Shown here: positions 10,384 to 21,017 of the stretch, piece after piece
Layout of the letters: each line of letters opens with the position of its first letter
Position numbering within the stretch: the stretch's first letter is position 1
Origin: Terriglobia bacterium
Lineage (GTDB): Bacteria; Acidobacteriota; Terriglobia; 20CM-2-55-15
DNA: 64,000 nt
Assembly: GCA_963664115.2 (NCBI GenBank)
Contig: CAXWPJ010000010.1
Location: 1 to 64,000, forward strand
Direction: 5' to 3'
Program-made: the position numbers and the translations under genes
The notes under the pieces: generated by a model
What the model was told of the DNA's origin: nothing
The model's database searches: none
What the model saw: the letters and a program-made list of their open reading frames with translations, nothing else

Positions 10384-10499
10384 CATTTAATGGATCTTCT
10401 TGGGCGCGCGGGCAGGATGAAGCGCCATTGCGAGAATGCGTCAGATGGCGGTCGGCGAAGAGAGGCCCACCGGGGCAAACACCGAATATGGCTTCGTTG

Positions 10500-11258
10500 C
10501 TAGGGAGCCAACTCCCGATTTCCAGAACCGTAGTGATACGGGTCCCTGTTGTTGTCCTCGCAGATTACTTCGAGCATATCGAATTCCTGGCGCTCCAAGT
10601 CGAAGGATATGGACCAGGGTTCGGTAAAGAAGACGGGATCCTCGTAGGTCTCTGTATAGGCGATCGTGTCCAGACCTGTTTTCTCGAAAATCTGTGTAAA
10701 GCGTAATTGTTCGCTATGCTGCAAACCTGCGGTGAACAGCCAGCTTCTGTCGTCGAGCCCAATGGTTTCGACCACAAACCTGTTGCCCTCATATCGTCCA
10801 ATTGAACTGCCCCACCACGTGATGTCCAAAGGTTCCGGATGATCACGCCCGTCTGTGAAAACCCTATGGTACTGGTGTTCGAGTTCGAACAAGAACGTGA
10901 CCAAACCCTCCGTTTGGATTATCTGAAAGTACATTGGAGAATGAAAAACCCGAACCGTCGCACGCGGCTGGCAAAAGCCGCCCGGGTCCTGGGTCAAATC
11001 CTTGTTTTCCCACCGCTCCAAACCATAGGGCGTAAACGGTGGCAGCTCGCCTCCCAACGCCCGTCGGACAGCATCCTCGAACAGGATATCCGGACCGGTC
11101 CAAATCCCGTTGAGGTTGGGCGTGCCCTCCCCGGGGGCGGGACTAACTAGTGGTGGAGGAATCTCGACGTTTTGTCCGGCCGCTGAACCGGGGACCCACC
11201 CGAGACCCGCGAAGAGAGCCGACACCAGGAAAAACGAAACGGAAATATGGATTTTCAC
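10500..11258 (-). CDS. Secreted hypothetical protein, DUF6152-partner family (copy 1)
   Basis: GTG 11258 with GGGGAG RBS, 20 nt downstream of a DUF6152 gene. PNLNGIW, CQP, DGRDHP, WWGSSIGRYEG, VVET, EDP, C-terminal Cys. Confidence 0.82.
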   Translation of the reverse strand: MKIHISVSFFLVSALFAGLGWVPGSAAGQNVEIPPPLVSPAPGEGTPNLNGIWTGPDILFEDAVRRALGGELPPFTPYGLERWENKDLTQDPGGFCQPRATVRVFHSPMYFQIIQTEGLVTFLFELEHQYHRVFTDGRDHPEPLDITWWGSSIGRYEGNRFVVETIGLDDRSWLFTAGLQHSEQLRFTQIFEKTGLDTIAYTETYEDPVFFTEPWSISFDLERQEFDMLEVICEDNNRDPYHYGSGNRELAP

Positions 11259-11277
11259 GGGACTCCCCTTCACTGCG

Positions 11278-11679
11278 TCAGTTGCTCTCGGCTTCGCCGG
11301 CGAATATCTGCGTGCCATCCGCAAGCGTAACACTCTGGGTATTGACGACGTTCTCGCAGCACCTTGCGCGAATCGCCTCGACACGGACGCGATCACCAGG
11401 CTCCAAGGAATCTCTCTTCCAGCCACGCCTGGCCAGCGAGTTCGGATTGGCGGCTTCAATCTCCCAATGCACGTCATTGCCCTCGGCGTCTGTGGAATCG
11501 ACGTAGAGCCAGACGTGGGGGTTCCTCCACTGGACCCTCGTGACAACACCTTCAAAGGTAACCGGCATGTCACGGTCAAAGTTCCCGGCAACAGAATGAT
11601 GGGCAAGCGAGGTCGCCGGTAGCACGGCCACAGCCAGAAAGGCACCCGCAAAACAACTGGCGAAACGGTTTTTCGTCAC
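11278..11679 (-). CDS. DUF6152-like secreted protein (copy 1)
   Basis: Signal peptide ending SLA|HHS, GVVTRVQWRNPHVW, RRGW; GTG start with GGAGG. Confidence 0.85.
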   Translation of the reverse strand: MTKNRFASCFAGAFLAVAVLPATSLAHHSVAGNFDRDMPVTFEGVVTRVQWRNPHVWLYVDSTDAEGNDVHWEIEAANPNSLARRGWKRDSLEPGDRVRVEAIRARCCENVVNTQSVTLADGTQIFAGEAESN

Positions 11680-11967
11680 AAAACCTCCACAAACGGTCGA
11701 CGTGTGAGGCACTTTATCCGAATACGAAGGAAGCAATCAAGGAAATCGAGAGCTTGGAATAGACTGAGGTGACGAGATCGTGGCACCTGTGCAGGTGTCG
11801 CGGGGGCTTTCCAAATAGACCACACCTATAGTTGGACAGACCCCACCCCCATTCCCCGGTTTTTGTTGGGCTGTGCCCCGAGAAGTGGCAAACTAGCGTT
11901 CGGCTCAGAAGACGAAACCGGACCCAGCAATTTCTCACTGCGCTACTTGTGAACCAGGAGGTCTCTC

Positions 11968-13284
11968 ATGCGTCGCCGATTCAAAACATTAATTCTCGTT
12001 GGCGTTCTTGCGACGTTGCCGGCCGGGTGCGGGGAAGCGGAGCCACCGGCCGCATCCGACGCGTTCGCGATCGCGAACGTGACCGTCATCGACGTCCGGG
12101 CCGGCACGCGCACAGCAAACCAAACTGTAGTGATCAGTGGCACGCAGATCACTGCGGCCGGAACGTCCGATAGCGTACCCGTGCCGACGGGCGCACGCGT
12201 TGTCGATGGAAGCGGCCAGTTCCTCATCCCGGGCGTCTGGGATATGCACGTTCACGCCTTACGCGCCGCCGAGCGGGCTCTGCCGCTCGCCGTTGCGACT
12301 GGCTTGACCGGCGTGCGCGACATGGGATCCACGTTGGCGCAGGTTCCGGAAACACGAGAAGCGATCGCCAACGGGCTCATTTCGCCGCGGCTGATAATTG
12401 CAGGCGAGGGCTTGGAAGGCGTTCCCGGCGGCTTCCCCGGTCTCCCCCCGAACACGGTGCTCGCGACGCCGGATGAGGGCCGAGAGATGGTCCGACAACT
12501 GGCAGAGTTAGAAGTGGATTTCCTGAAGGCGCACACCAGGCTCAATCGAGACACCTTTTACGCCATTCTCGATGAGGCGGAACTCTTCGGGATACCTGTT
12601 GATGGGCACTTGCAGCCAGGGATTGACATCATCGAAGCATCCGACGCCGGACAACGAACCATCGAACACTTGAACGGTTTACAAATGGCATGCGCCGCCG
12701 ATCCGGCCACGCTGGATTCGGAGGAACCCGATGCCGCCCCCATCGAGCTCGACCCGGCCAGGTGTGAGGCAACCATCCGTCATCTGGTGGAAAACGGTAC
12801 CTGGGTGACACCAACAATCGGCGGCCCTGGAAGGACCGGCGGCGCCGGAGGCGGCAATCTCCGAACACGCCAGTTCAATTTGACAATTACTCGATTGGCG
12901 GCCGAGGGCGGGTTGAGACTGTTGGCCGGGACCGATTGGCCCGGTCCCGGCTACAGCGTTGGCAACTACTCGGGCGTCGACAATCGCGGCCTGATGGATG
13001 AACTCGCGGGACTCGTTGAAGCGGGACTGACCCCACAACAAGCGCTCGTCACCGCTACAGTGAACCCGGCCATTCTTCTTGGGATGGAGGATGTCCTCGG
13101 CAGCGTCGAAGCGGGCAAGTTTGCCGATCTCCTCCTGCTGGAGGCCGACCCGCTCGTCGATATCGCAAACATGAAGCGCATCGCGGCAGTCGTCGTGAAC
13201 GGCTGGTACATTGACGCTGCCGAACAGCAGAGGATGCTCGACGCCGAGATGGCCGCCCGGGAACAAGAGAACAACGAGCAATAG
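11968..13284 (+). CDS. Metal-dependent amidohydrolase family lipoprotein
   Basis: LPAGC lipobox, PGVWDMHVH, LKAH, DGH, IEH, AGTD, GSVEAGKFADLLLL. Confidence 0.9.
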   Translation: MRRRFKTLILVGVLATLPAGCGEAEPPAASDAFAIANVTVIDVRAGTRTANQTVVISGTQITAAGTSDSVPVPTGARVVDGSGQFLIPGVWDMHVHALRAAERALPLAVATGLTGVRDMGSTLAQVPETREAIANGLISPRLIIAGEGLEGVPGGFPGLPPNTVLATPDEGREMVRQLAELEVDFLKAHTRLNRDTFYAILDEAELFGIPVDGHLQPGIDIIEASDAGQRTIEHLNGLQMACAADPATLDSEEPDAAPIELDPARCEATIRHLVENGTWVTPTIGGPGRTGGAGGGNLRTRQFNLTITRLAAEGGLRLLAGTDWPGPGYSVGNYSGVDNRGLMDELAGLVEAGLTPQQALVTATVNPAILLGMEDVLGSVEAGKFADLLLLEADPLVDIANMKRIAAVVVNGWYIDAAEQQRMLDAEMAAREQENNEQ

Positions 13285-13401
13285 CGTCCTCGGTTAGAAG
13301 TTGGGTGCTTAACGGTTCCGTGCTGATCCAATACGATCATCTTCTTACTCCGAACGCACGGGCTCGCGGCGGCGCCCACACCGGCCAAGCAGTGCGGGTG
13401 G

Positions 13402-15639
13402 CTAGAAATTGAACAGGTTCGTCAGCTTGACGGTCACCGCACGCTCGACGACTTTGCCTCCCGAGTCGCGGAGGTCGTTGTACACAAGGAATAAATCGCT
13501 CAGCGGACTATGAATCAGATTGAATCGGATGTTCGAGCTCACTTGGCGGGTTTCTGCGTTGTACTGGAAGAGTCCCGTCAGAAAAGTCCGCGAATTGAAA
13601 GCGTACGCAATGCGAGCCCCCACCAGTTCTGTCGTGAACTGCCCGTTCGGTAAATTTACGAGATTGTGGTCGTAGTCGAGATCCACAGTCAGGTGATAAT
13701 TTGGCTTGAGGCTAAGGCCCGCACTCAACGACCGCAACCTTCCGTTCCAGAACTCTCCCCAATCAATCCCACCGAAACCACTGATCCTCGCGCTTCGGTC
13801 GGTTGAAAAGCTCGCCGAATAGTCAAGGTAGCGGTAATCCCCAGTCGGGATCGGTGTCTCGGGACGGATGGGGAATGGCTCCGCCAGCCTGTCAAACGTA
13901 TGGTTGAGGGCAAAATTAATGGATCCGGTGTTTTCGAACTGGAGTCCGAGATTGAAACTCCCGGTCCGTGTCTCGACTTTTTCCGTCGTTCCGTTTTCGT
14001 AGTAGTCAAGATCGAGTCTGAAGATCAGGTTTCGAAGGACGTCGCTACTCTCGATCCGCGGCAACCAGGAAAATTCTCCGTTGTAATGCGTGTTGTTCCT
14101 GCGGCGAACGAAGCCCACTTCCGGATTGAAATTGGTCTGGACCTCGTCATACCCCACGACAGCGACCCACTCATCGTCCCGCCATGCCGTTTCAAAAAGC
14201 CGGGCCTGGCTCCGGCCCGATCGCTCCGGAGTTTCGCTCCAGAGTACGTAGGAGTCCAACTCGAGCCGGTTGCCGTAGAATTCGAAGTGTGCGTCGGTTC
14301 CATAGAGTCGGTTGTAGTCTCCTTCGACCCTGGAATCACGCTGTGTGGTCATGGCGCCGATCCAGGAATTCGTCAGGAGGTTTCGCTTCAGCCGTCCCAC
14401 AAGATAGTTGTTTGAAGGGATGCGGTTCGCTTCCCCAGGTCGCCCGACGCTCTCGGTCTTCATGTCAAGGAAGCCGACGTCGTAGGGACCCACCTTTCCG
14501 GTAACACGCACACCACCGACAATGGGAATCGGTGTTCCCGACCGGCCCAAACCGATGCGGCGACTGAAGAATGGCACTAGGTTACGGCCGCCGCCAAAGC
14601 CAAAACCGCCTCCAGCTCCGAAGTTGAACGTCGCCGAGTTCTCCAAAAAGAAATCCCGTTTTTCCGGGAAAAAGAGGTTGAACCGGGTCAGGTTCACCTG
14701 TTGCCGGTCGACTTCCACTTGGGCAAAATCCGTCCGATAGGTGGCGTCGAGCGTAACTGAGGGCGTCAAACTGTATTTGAGGTCGAGGCCTCCATCAAAG
14801 TCTCGATCCGTGGCAAAACCCGCAGAAGGACTCGCCGGTGGCCGGGTCTGAACGACCCCAGCGGTAACAAAGGGTGTGATCTTCAGGTTACGACCTTGCC
14901 GGATCCCTTCCAAACCCCGTAGCGTCCCGGCCAATGAGAGCCGGCTTATGTTGTCGCGAAGGGGAAGGGGCGACCAATAACTCTCTTCGTTCAATCGGAG
15001 GATCCGCCGGCTCATGTTCAGGCCCCACACCTGGGAGGGTGAATTCGAAAATCGAAGCGTCTTAAAAGGAATGACGTACTCGGCGATCCAGGCGTCATCG
15101 GTTTTGCTGACTGCTACATCCCAGACCGCATCCCAGTCGTTGTTGTACTGACCATCACTGATCTGCTGATCGGCCTTAGCGCCTTCAGCGTTGACTATAA
15201 AATTCATTCCCGACCGCAGGTCATGAAGGCTGTCCAAGAGCACACTGAAGCTGTCGGAACCCCGAAAATTGAAGTCTTCTGTGATTTCGCTCACGACCCT
15301 GTTCGCGCTGTCGGAGTCGAAACAGGTCACCCCGACGTAGATGTTGTCGTCATCGTAAAGAAACAGGACTTCGACCCGTTCGACCGATGGTTGTTCCGGA
15401 TTCGGCAGTTTCTGGATGAAGTCGCCCGCCGGACTCGCCAGCTCCCATGCCGGTTCGTCGAGAACGCCATCGAGAGAGATTTCTTCTGTTATCCGGACTG
15501 CCGTGACCACTCTTTCAAGCCGCGCGGTCTCGTAATCGATCGCAGTTAACAGACCGGTGTCATCTGGAGCGGGGTTCTGAGACAGAAGCGGCATTGCTGT
15601 CAGGAGCCAGACCCCGAAGACTCGGCTCAAGGGCATCAT
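13402..15639 (-). CDS. CBM9-like/DUF5916 outer-membrane protein (copy 1)
   Basis: LDGVLDEPAW, WIAEYVIPFKTLRF, DFAQVEVD, NLTRFNLFFPEKRDFFLE, PFFSRRIGL, C-terminal Phe. Confidence 0.85.
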   Translation of the reverse strand: MMPLSRVFGVWLLTAMPLLSQNPAPDDTGLLTAIDYETARLERVVTAVRITEEISLDGVLDEPAWELASPAGDFIQKLPNPEQPSVERVEVLFLYDDDNIYVGVTCFDSDSANRVVSEITEDFNFRGSDSFSVLLDSLHDLRSGMNFIVNAEGAKADQQISDGQYNNDWDAVWDVAVSKTDDAWIAEYVIPFKTLRFSNSPSQVWGLNMSRRILRLNEESYWSPLPLRDNISRLSLAGTLRGLEGIRQGRNLKITPFVTAGVVQTRPPASPSAGFATDRDFDGGLDLKYSLTPSVTLDATYRTDFAQVEVDRQQVNLTRFNLFFPEKRDFFLENSATFNFGAGGGFGFGGGRNLVPFFSRRIGLGRSGTPIPIVGGVRVTGKVGPYDVGFLDMKTESVGRPGEANRIPSNNYLVGRLKRNLLTNSWIGAMTTQRDSRVEGDYNRLYGTDAHFEFYGNRLELDSYVLWSETPERSGRSQARLFETAWRDDEWVAVVGYDEVQTNFNPEVGFVRRRNNTHYNGEFSWLPRIESSDVLRNLIFRLDLDYYENGTTEKVETRTGSFNLGLQFENTGSINFALNHTFDRLAEPFPIRPETPIPTGDYRYLDYSASFSTDRSARISGFGGIDWGEFWNGRLRSLSAGLSLKPNYHLTVDLDYDHNLVNLPNGQFTTELVGARIAYAFNSRTFLTGLFQYNAETRQVSSNIRFNLIHSPLSDLFLVYNDLRDSGGKVVERAVTVKLTNLFNF

Positions 15640-16000
15640 GGCCGCCCGGGACAGACTGGAGGGATTGCAAAGCGATTCCGCTGATGGGACGCAGACCCAT
15701 TCGGACCCGCTCCCCGATTTTCCGAAACATAGATCTCGTGTGCATCCATAGGACCGTCTTTACAGGTTGACGACTCTCATGTCGCGGAATCGCGCGGGTT
15801 CTTCAGGTCGACCCACTTCCCCGTCGGCTTTACGCCCGTCGAGGGGAATAAATCGAGTCGAGTGTATAGGAGGGCAGGGGCCGGATCAAACCGTTTGCTC
15901 AGCCACGGCAAACGGTTGCCATCAAATAAAATTAGCCAACAGAATCGATCATATATAAGATGGTCCGAAGGACTACGAACTCGAAAAGGAGATTTCTCGG

Positions 16001-16861
16001 ATGCGAAGTGCAGAACCCCTCTTTAACGGACGAATTATGGCGATCGGATTGGCGGTTCTGGTGATCGCCGTTGGATTCGGACTGGTAGACTCGGCGGCTC
16101 AGAGCCCGACGGATAACGGTTTTCCGCCGGCTCCAACGACTAATCCTTTACCGCGGGCTTTTATAGCCACCTGGGCGGACCCGATGTTTGGAGGAGAAGG
16201 CGCCGGTGGAAATTGTGGTTCCCTCATCGATGAATATGGCAACCCACGAGGAACCTGTCAGTTTCCTGTAGACCAACTGGAACCCCTCCTCAACGGCAGG
16301 GCGCGCGCCTGGATCCAGTTCTTTGACGAACCGATATCGCCCCGGTGGGCTTGTGTAGCGGCCAATATCACAACCCTGCTCGGAGAACCGTACCTTTGGG
16401 ACTTCTCGGTAAGGGCCGATGTGGTGTTGCAGCACTTCGAGCAATCGAATTGGGTGCGCGAAATCTTTGTAGACGGACGGGGTCACCCACCTGCCGACGA
16501 GGTCTTTTACCACGGCCACTCCATAGGCCGGATGGACGGATCCACTTTCCTGGTCGAAACCACGAATTTCATGTTTGATCCGGATGGGTTTGACGACCAG
16601 TCTCACATCGCCACGTCACATCTAAAAACGTTGACTGAACGTTATTCGGTCACGGGGCCCAACACGATGGAAGTTGAAATCACAGTTGAAGACCCTATTT
16701 TCCTGACCGGCCCCTTTACCTGGACGAACGTGTTTGCGACGCCCGATCGAGGGTACACGGGTGAATGGGATTGCGATCCGGCGGTCGGTCTGAGGCACTT
16801 GTACTCGACGGTGCCACAACGGTATCCGGACGATGTCAATTTTGATGCGTACTCAAACTAA
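16001..16861 (+). CDS. Secreted hypothetical protein, DUF6152-partner family (copy 2)
   Basis: Signal peptide; WAC, REIFVDGRGHP, YHGHSIGRMDG, LVETTNF, TERY, EDP, WDCDP; directly upstream of two DUF6152 genes. Confidence 0.82.
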   Translation: MRSAEPLFNGRIMAIGLAVLVIAVGFGLVDSAAQSPTDNGFPPAPTTNPLPRAFIATWADPMFGGEGAGGNCGSLIDEYGNPRGTCQFPVDQLEPLLNGRARAWIQFFDEPISPRWACVAANITTLLGEPYLWDFSVRADVVLQHFEQSNWVREIFVDGRGHPPADEVFYHGHSIGRMDGSTFLVETTNFMFDPDGFDDQSHIATSHLKTLTERYSVTGPNTMEVEITVEDPIFLTGPFTWTNVFATPDRGYTGEWDCDPAVGLRHLYSTVPQRYPDDVNFDAYSN

Positions 16862-16950
16862 TTCGATTTCATGGCAACTTCGTCGCGGCGATCCACGGCG
16901 GTCCCGATCTCGGTGAAGCCTGAAAAATGAACTCAGCATTAACGGGGGAT

Positions 16951-17358
16951 ATGAGTATGCGATTTTGTCTTTTGTTCCTATTGGCCGGTTCGCTTCTGAT
17001 GGTGACCGTTCCGGTCGACGCACACCATTCGGCCTCATCCTTTTGGCACACCGATCGTACTGTCGTAATCGAAGGTGTTGTGAAATCGGTCCATATGGTG
17101 AATCCACATCCCGAATTGGTTGTTGAAGTGACAGCGGCCAACGGAGAGAAATCCGACTGGTACATCAGCGGCGGCGGTAACGCCAGTGCGATGATCCGGG
17201 CCGGCTGGACCCAGGACACACTCACCCCTGGTATGAAAGTCAAGGTTGAGGGGAACCCTTCGCGCCGGGAAGGTGCAAAGGCCATACTCACAGGAGACGT
17301 CACAAAGGAAGATGGCACTGTGCTCTCGTTTTCCAGCCGCTCGGGACCGGTCCAATAA
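16951..17358 (+). CDS. DUF6152-like secreted protein (copy 2)
   Basis: VDA|HHSASSFW, GVVKSVHMVNPHPE, RAGW. Start 16951 or 16957. Confidence 0.85.
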   Translation: MSMRFCLLFLLAGSLLMVTVPVDAHHSASSFWHTDRTVVIEGVVKSVHMVNPHPELVVEVTAANGEKSDWYISGGGNASAMIRAGWTQDTLTPGMKVKVEGNPSRREGAKAILTGDVTKEDGTVLSFSSRSGPVQ

Positions 17359-17481
17359 ACTTCCAAGGTGCTCGCGCGAGATCGAGGGTGCCAGGCTTGG
17401 CTAGGCCCTTGATAGCGAAAGTTCGCCCGGGCTCAGGTCCGGGCTTTCTTATTTAGTCGACGCGTGGAAGTTGGGAGGGAT

Positions 17482-17865
17482 ATGACAATGCGATTCTTAC
17501 TGTTGTTGACCGGTTTGCTCCTGATGGGGATGGTTCCGGTCGAGGCACACCATTCGGCCTCATCCTTTTGGCACACTGATCGTACTACCGTGATCGAAGG
17601 CGTTGTGAAGTCGGTCAACATCGTCAATCCACATCCTGAAGTCGTTGTTGAAGTAACAGAAGCCAATGGAGAGAAATCCGACTGGTACCTCAGCGGCAGT
17701 GGCAACGCCAGCGCCTGGATACGCTCAGGCTGGACCGATGACACGCTCCCGGCCGGCATGAATGTCAAGGTTGAGGGCAACCCCTCGCTCCGGGAGGGTT
17801 CCAAGGCTCTACTGGTTAGCAGAGAAGATATCACCCACCCGGATGGTTCGCCGATCTCGTTTTGA
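17482..17865 (+). CDS. DUF6152-like secreted protein (copy 3), tandem duplicate with slightly clipped C-terminus
   Basis: VEA|HHSASSFW, VNPHPE, RSGW; close paralogue of copy 2. Start 17482 or 17488. Confidence 0.85.
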   Translation: MTMRFLLLLTGLLLMGMVPVEAHHSASSFWHTDRTTVIEGVVKSVNIVNPHPEVVVEVTEANGEKSDWYLSGSGNASAWIRSGWTDDTLPAGMNVKVEGNPSLREGSKALLVSREDITHPDGSPISF

Positions 17866-18000
17866 CAGCGGCTCCGGGCGGGTCCAATAGTCTGTTCTGG
17901 TTCGAGCCAAGAAACTGCGGGTGACGGATTCTGTGCCCGTCGCGATCTCAGCCCTACAAAATTTGGCGCCCGCCGAAGTTTCCCCCCGATTGCAATATCC

Positions 18001-18618
18001 CTAACCGGGTTCCCCCGGGTCAGGCGCGCCGGCAAGCCAGGCTGCGCCTTCCGCGTAGAGCTTCTCGACCTCCGGACCCTTCAATCCAGGCATTCCCTGC
18101 TCTTTAACCTTGTAACCAACCTGCGTTTGCAGATAGGCCAGGTGCTTGTAACCTTCAGGAAAGCGGCCCAGTACCGCCGGGTCCAGCTTCAAAATGGCAC
18201 CCGGTTCGACTGAATCGATGCGGTCCTTCTCGTAGATTGGCTGACGCCGCACCAGTCCCCACTTGTCCGCCCTTTTCTCGAAGAAATCATAGAACCGGCC
18301 AACACAGACGACATCACATATGACCTCATGAACGGGCGCCCGCTGACTGATGGTCATTTTGGTCTGCGCGATTGCGCGATCGCCGGCGATGTCGGAGGTA
18401 TGGGCACCCTGGAAGTGGATGATGCTGACGCCATTCTCCCAACCCTCGCGGCGGGCTTTCACGAATTCCGCAGCCGATGCCTGAAACCAGGTCGCCGACA
18501 TCCAGCCGTCCTCATGCCACAGTTCGGCAAAACGTTCCCAGTCACCACTATCACTGTAGATAACCCATTGATCGACAATTTCTCGAATCGCATCGGCGTC
18601 GGCTGCATTGTCTGCCAT
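18001..18618 (-). CDS. SnoaL-like / NTF2-fold protein
   Basis: N-terminal IREIVDQW...DSGDWERF helix, HFQG, GDRAIAQTKM, GRFYDFFEKR...W pattern; no signal peptide. Confidence 0.8.
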   Translation of the reverse strand: MADNAADADAIREIVDQWVIYSDSGDWERFAELWHEDGWMSATWFQASAAEFVKARREGWENGVSIIHFQGAHTSDIAGDRAIAQTKMTISQRAPVHEVICDVVCVGRFYDFFEKRADKWGLVRRQPIYEKDRIDSVEPGAILKLDPAVLGRFPEGYKHLAYLQTQVGYKVKEQGMPGLKGPEVEKLYAEGAAWLAGAPDPGEPG

Positions 18619-19112
18619 CTCAATTCATCCTCTTTGACTGTTCAGCAATTGGTAAAAGCAAGCACCCTTCGGGAAGTATAGCCGGACTATGGGGGGGAGA
18701 GCGGATGAGAATCTTGACTTCCTTTCGGGACTGGATTTCCAGCGTGAGTGAAGATCAGAAACAGGTGGACCACGATGCCGGAAAGCGTCCCTGCCGGGCC
18801 ACATCCGATCGGCCACTTCAGGAGCGTTCCAATATCCCTGATCGTCAAAGGGAGTCAATGCGCCCAGCCACGCCACCTGACACAATCTTGATGCGGCAGG
18901 ATCCCTTCGTTCGTATGATTGCAACTTCGTATTCTTAGAAACCCGCCGGCATGTGTATCCAGACCCGCCCATAAAAACGCATTGCTTGATGACACCCACT
19001 AATTCGGTGTATAGACTGCACCGCATATGGCGAGAGGCTTCTGTCCATCGAGAATAATCTGTGCCGTCCTGTACGAGTGCACCATCCTTCACGAATGTTG
19101 AACGAGCATTAA

Positions 19113-20339
19113 ATGGACCCAATTTCAGACAAACCCGGTGCTTACGCGACTGTGAATCGCGAGGCCATGGGCTGGCGCATGTGGGTACCTTGTGGAGGAA
19201 TGGCAGTTGCCGCCGCGCTGGCATTCGTCGACCGCCAGCTCCTGGCAATCCTTGCCCCGACGATCCGGGCAGAGGTCGGGCTCACGGCCGCCGACTTCGG
19301 CGACGTGTTCTTTTACTTTTTCCTGGCCTATACGATCGCCAATCCAGTCTGGGGCTCTCTTATCGACTACCTGGGCTTGCGTGTGGGCATGTTGGTGGCC
19401 GTCGGTCTTTGGAGCGCCGCCAGTTTTTCCCACGCCCTGGTGGGCGGTTTGCTGGGCTTCGCAGTGGCGCGGGCGTTTCTGGGCTTCGGTGAAGGGGCAA
19501 CGTTTCCCGGTGGTTTGAGAACCTCCGCGGTATCGCTCCCCCCCCGATTGTTCGGGCGCGGCTTGGCCACTGCCTTCAGCGGCGGCACCCTGGGCGCGGT
19601 GCTGACTCCGTTCATCGCCATACCCATCGCGTTGCAATACGGCTGGAGGACGACGTTTGTATTGAGTGGTCTGCTTGGAGCCCTGTGGCTAATCCTGTGG
19701 GCCCTCATCGCCCGCCCGCCCTACTTACCGAAAGAAGAAAGCAAGCCAAAGAAGCAGAAGGCGGTCTGGCCCAACCCGCGGGAGCGCCGGGTCTGGGCTC
19801 TCGTAGCCAGCTACGCGCTGCCGGCATGGTCGTCCGGCCCCGTCCTGACCATGGTTCCGCTGTATTTCAGCGACAGTCTGGGCGTTTCACAGGCAGGGTT
19901 ATGGATTACGTCGCTGTTCCCGCTCGCCTGGATGGCGGGCTATTTTTTCTGGGGTTGGGTGGCTGATCGATTCATTGGCTCCAACCCGCGGCCGGTAGGC
20001 ATGTTCTTCATGCTTACGGTATTCGCGCTGGCGTTAGGTGCAACCACATGGACCGACTCGGTGGTGATCGCCGTTCTCCTGAATTGCTGGTCTATCTTCA
20101 TCGGAGGCGGGTTTCAGATGGTCGCTCTAAAGGTGGGTTTGAATGCCTTCAGGCAGGAACCGGCGATGATGTCTGGCATCGCCTCCGGGTCCTGGGCACT
20201 CTCGAATGCGTTTCTAACCCTAGTTTTAGGGCGCTTGTTTGATGCCGGGCGTTATGACATAGGATTCTGGCTCATCGCCATAGGCCCGGTGTTCGGAATT
20301 CTAGTATGGCTGTTATTGACACGCGACCAGATCAAATAG
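19113..20339 (+). CDS. MFS transporter (ExuT/anion:cation symporter-like)
   Basis: About 12 hydrophobic segments, FVDRQ, GSLIDYLGLR, RAFLGFGEGATFPG, YGWR, GWVADRF. Confidence 0.88.
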   Translation: MDPISDKPGAYATVNREAMGWRMWVPCGGMAVAAALAFVDRQLLAILAPTIRAEVGLTAADFGDVFFYFFLAYTIANPVWGSLIDYLGLRVGMLVAVGLWSAASFSHALVGGLLGFAVARAFLGFGEGATFPGGLRTSAVSLPPRLFGRGLATAFSGGTLGAVLTPFIAIPIALQYGWRTTFVLSGLLGALWLILWALIARPPYLPKEESKPKKQKAVWPNPRERRVWALVASYALPAWSSGPVLTMVPLYFSDSLGVSQAGLWITSLFPLAWMAGYFFWGWVADRFIGSNPRPVGMFFMLTVFALALGATTWTDSVVIAVLLNCWSIFIGGGFQMVALKVGLNAFRQEPAMMSGIASGSWALSNAFLTLVLGRLFDAGRYDIGFWLIAIGPVFGILVWLLLTRDQIK

Positions 20340-20469
20340 GGTTTGTTCGGGCCCGCGACTGGAACAACCTACCTGCACCCTGTCTAATGGTCCGTTCTCC
20401 AATGCGGCTACCAGGTATCTAGAAACCCTGGACAGCAATCGCAAATATCGGATAACCTGCCCTACACGT

Positions 20470-21000
20470 ATGAAACTAATAAACCCTTTCAAATACAACC
20501 ACGGCTTCGAACTTTTTCGGCTTACGTTGTTGTTGATCGCGGTCGCGTTCGTAGCTTCTTGTGCTCAACAGACTCCAACCGTTGAAACCGAACCGGTGAT
20601 GGGTCGACTGGTGATGTCAGGGGATTTGAACTGGTTCCGAGGTCCAGGTCTGCCCGATAACTGCACGCTTAAGAGCCGCTATGCGCCAGGAGAGCCGGTG
20701 GGTTTCCGCATGAACGTTGTCGACGGGATTACGGGTGAACTTGTGACCGATGCGGAACTCGTCGTTCACCTGACATACGCCGGGGGTACGGTGGATCTCC
20801 CGATGCTGTATCGCGGCGTTCCTCAAGGAGATCCCCCGATGCCTATCCACGCCGACGAGTGGACGGCCAAGTGGAATGTGCCCGACGATGCACCAACCGG
20901 GATCATCCACTACAGCGTGACTGCCACGGACAGCTCCGGACGTACGTCGGAGTGGGTACCGTTCAGCAACGAGCTATCACAGCTTACGATCGTCGAATAG
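20470..21000 (+). CDS. Hypothetical lipoprotein (Ig-like beta domain)
   Basis: FVASC lipobox; WTAKWNVPDDAPTGIIHYSVTATD beta-sandwich-like pattern; 17 nt gap to the next gene. Confidence 0.72.
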   Translation: MKLINPFKYNHGFELFRLTLLLIAVAFVASCAQQTPTVETEPVMGRLVMSGDLNWFRGPGLPDNCTLKSRYAPGEPVGFRMNVVDGITGELVTDAELVVHLTYAGGTVDLPMLYRGVPQGDPPMPIHADEWTAKWNVPDDAPTGIIHYSVTATDSSGRTSEWVPFSNELSQLTIVE

Positions 21001-21017
21001 CGTCACGGAACGTGCCG

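Noticed and set aside
18625-19248. 207 aa ORF in the gap between the SnoaL and MFS genes
   Set aside because: No motifs, atypical composition, and it overlaps the MFS start; likely a divergent promoter region.
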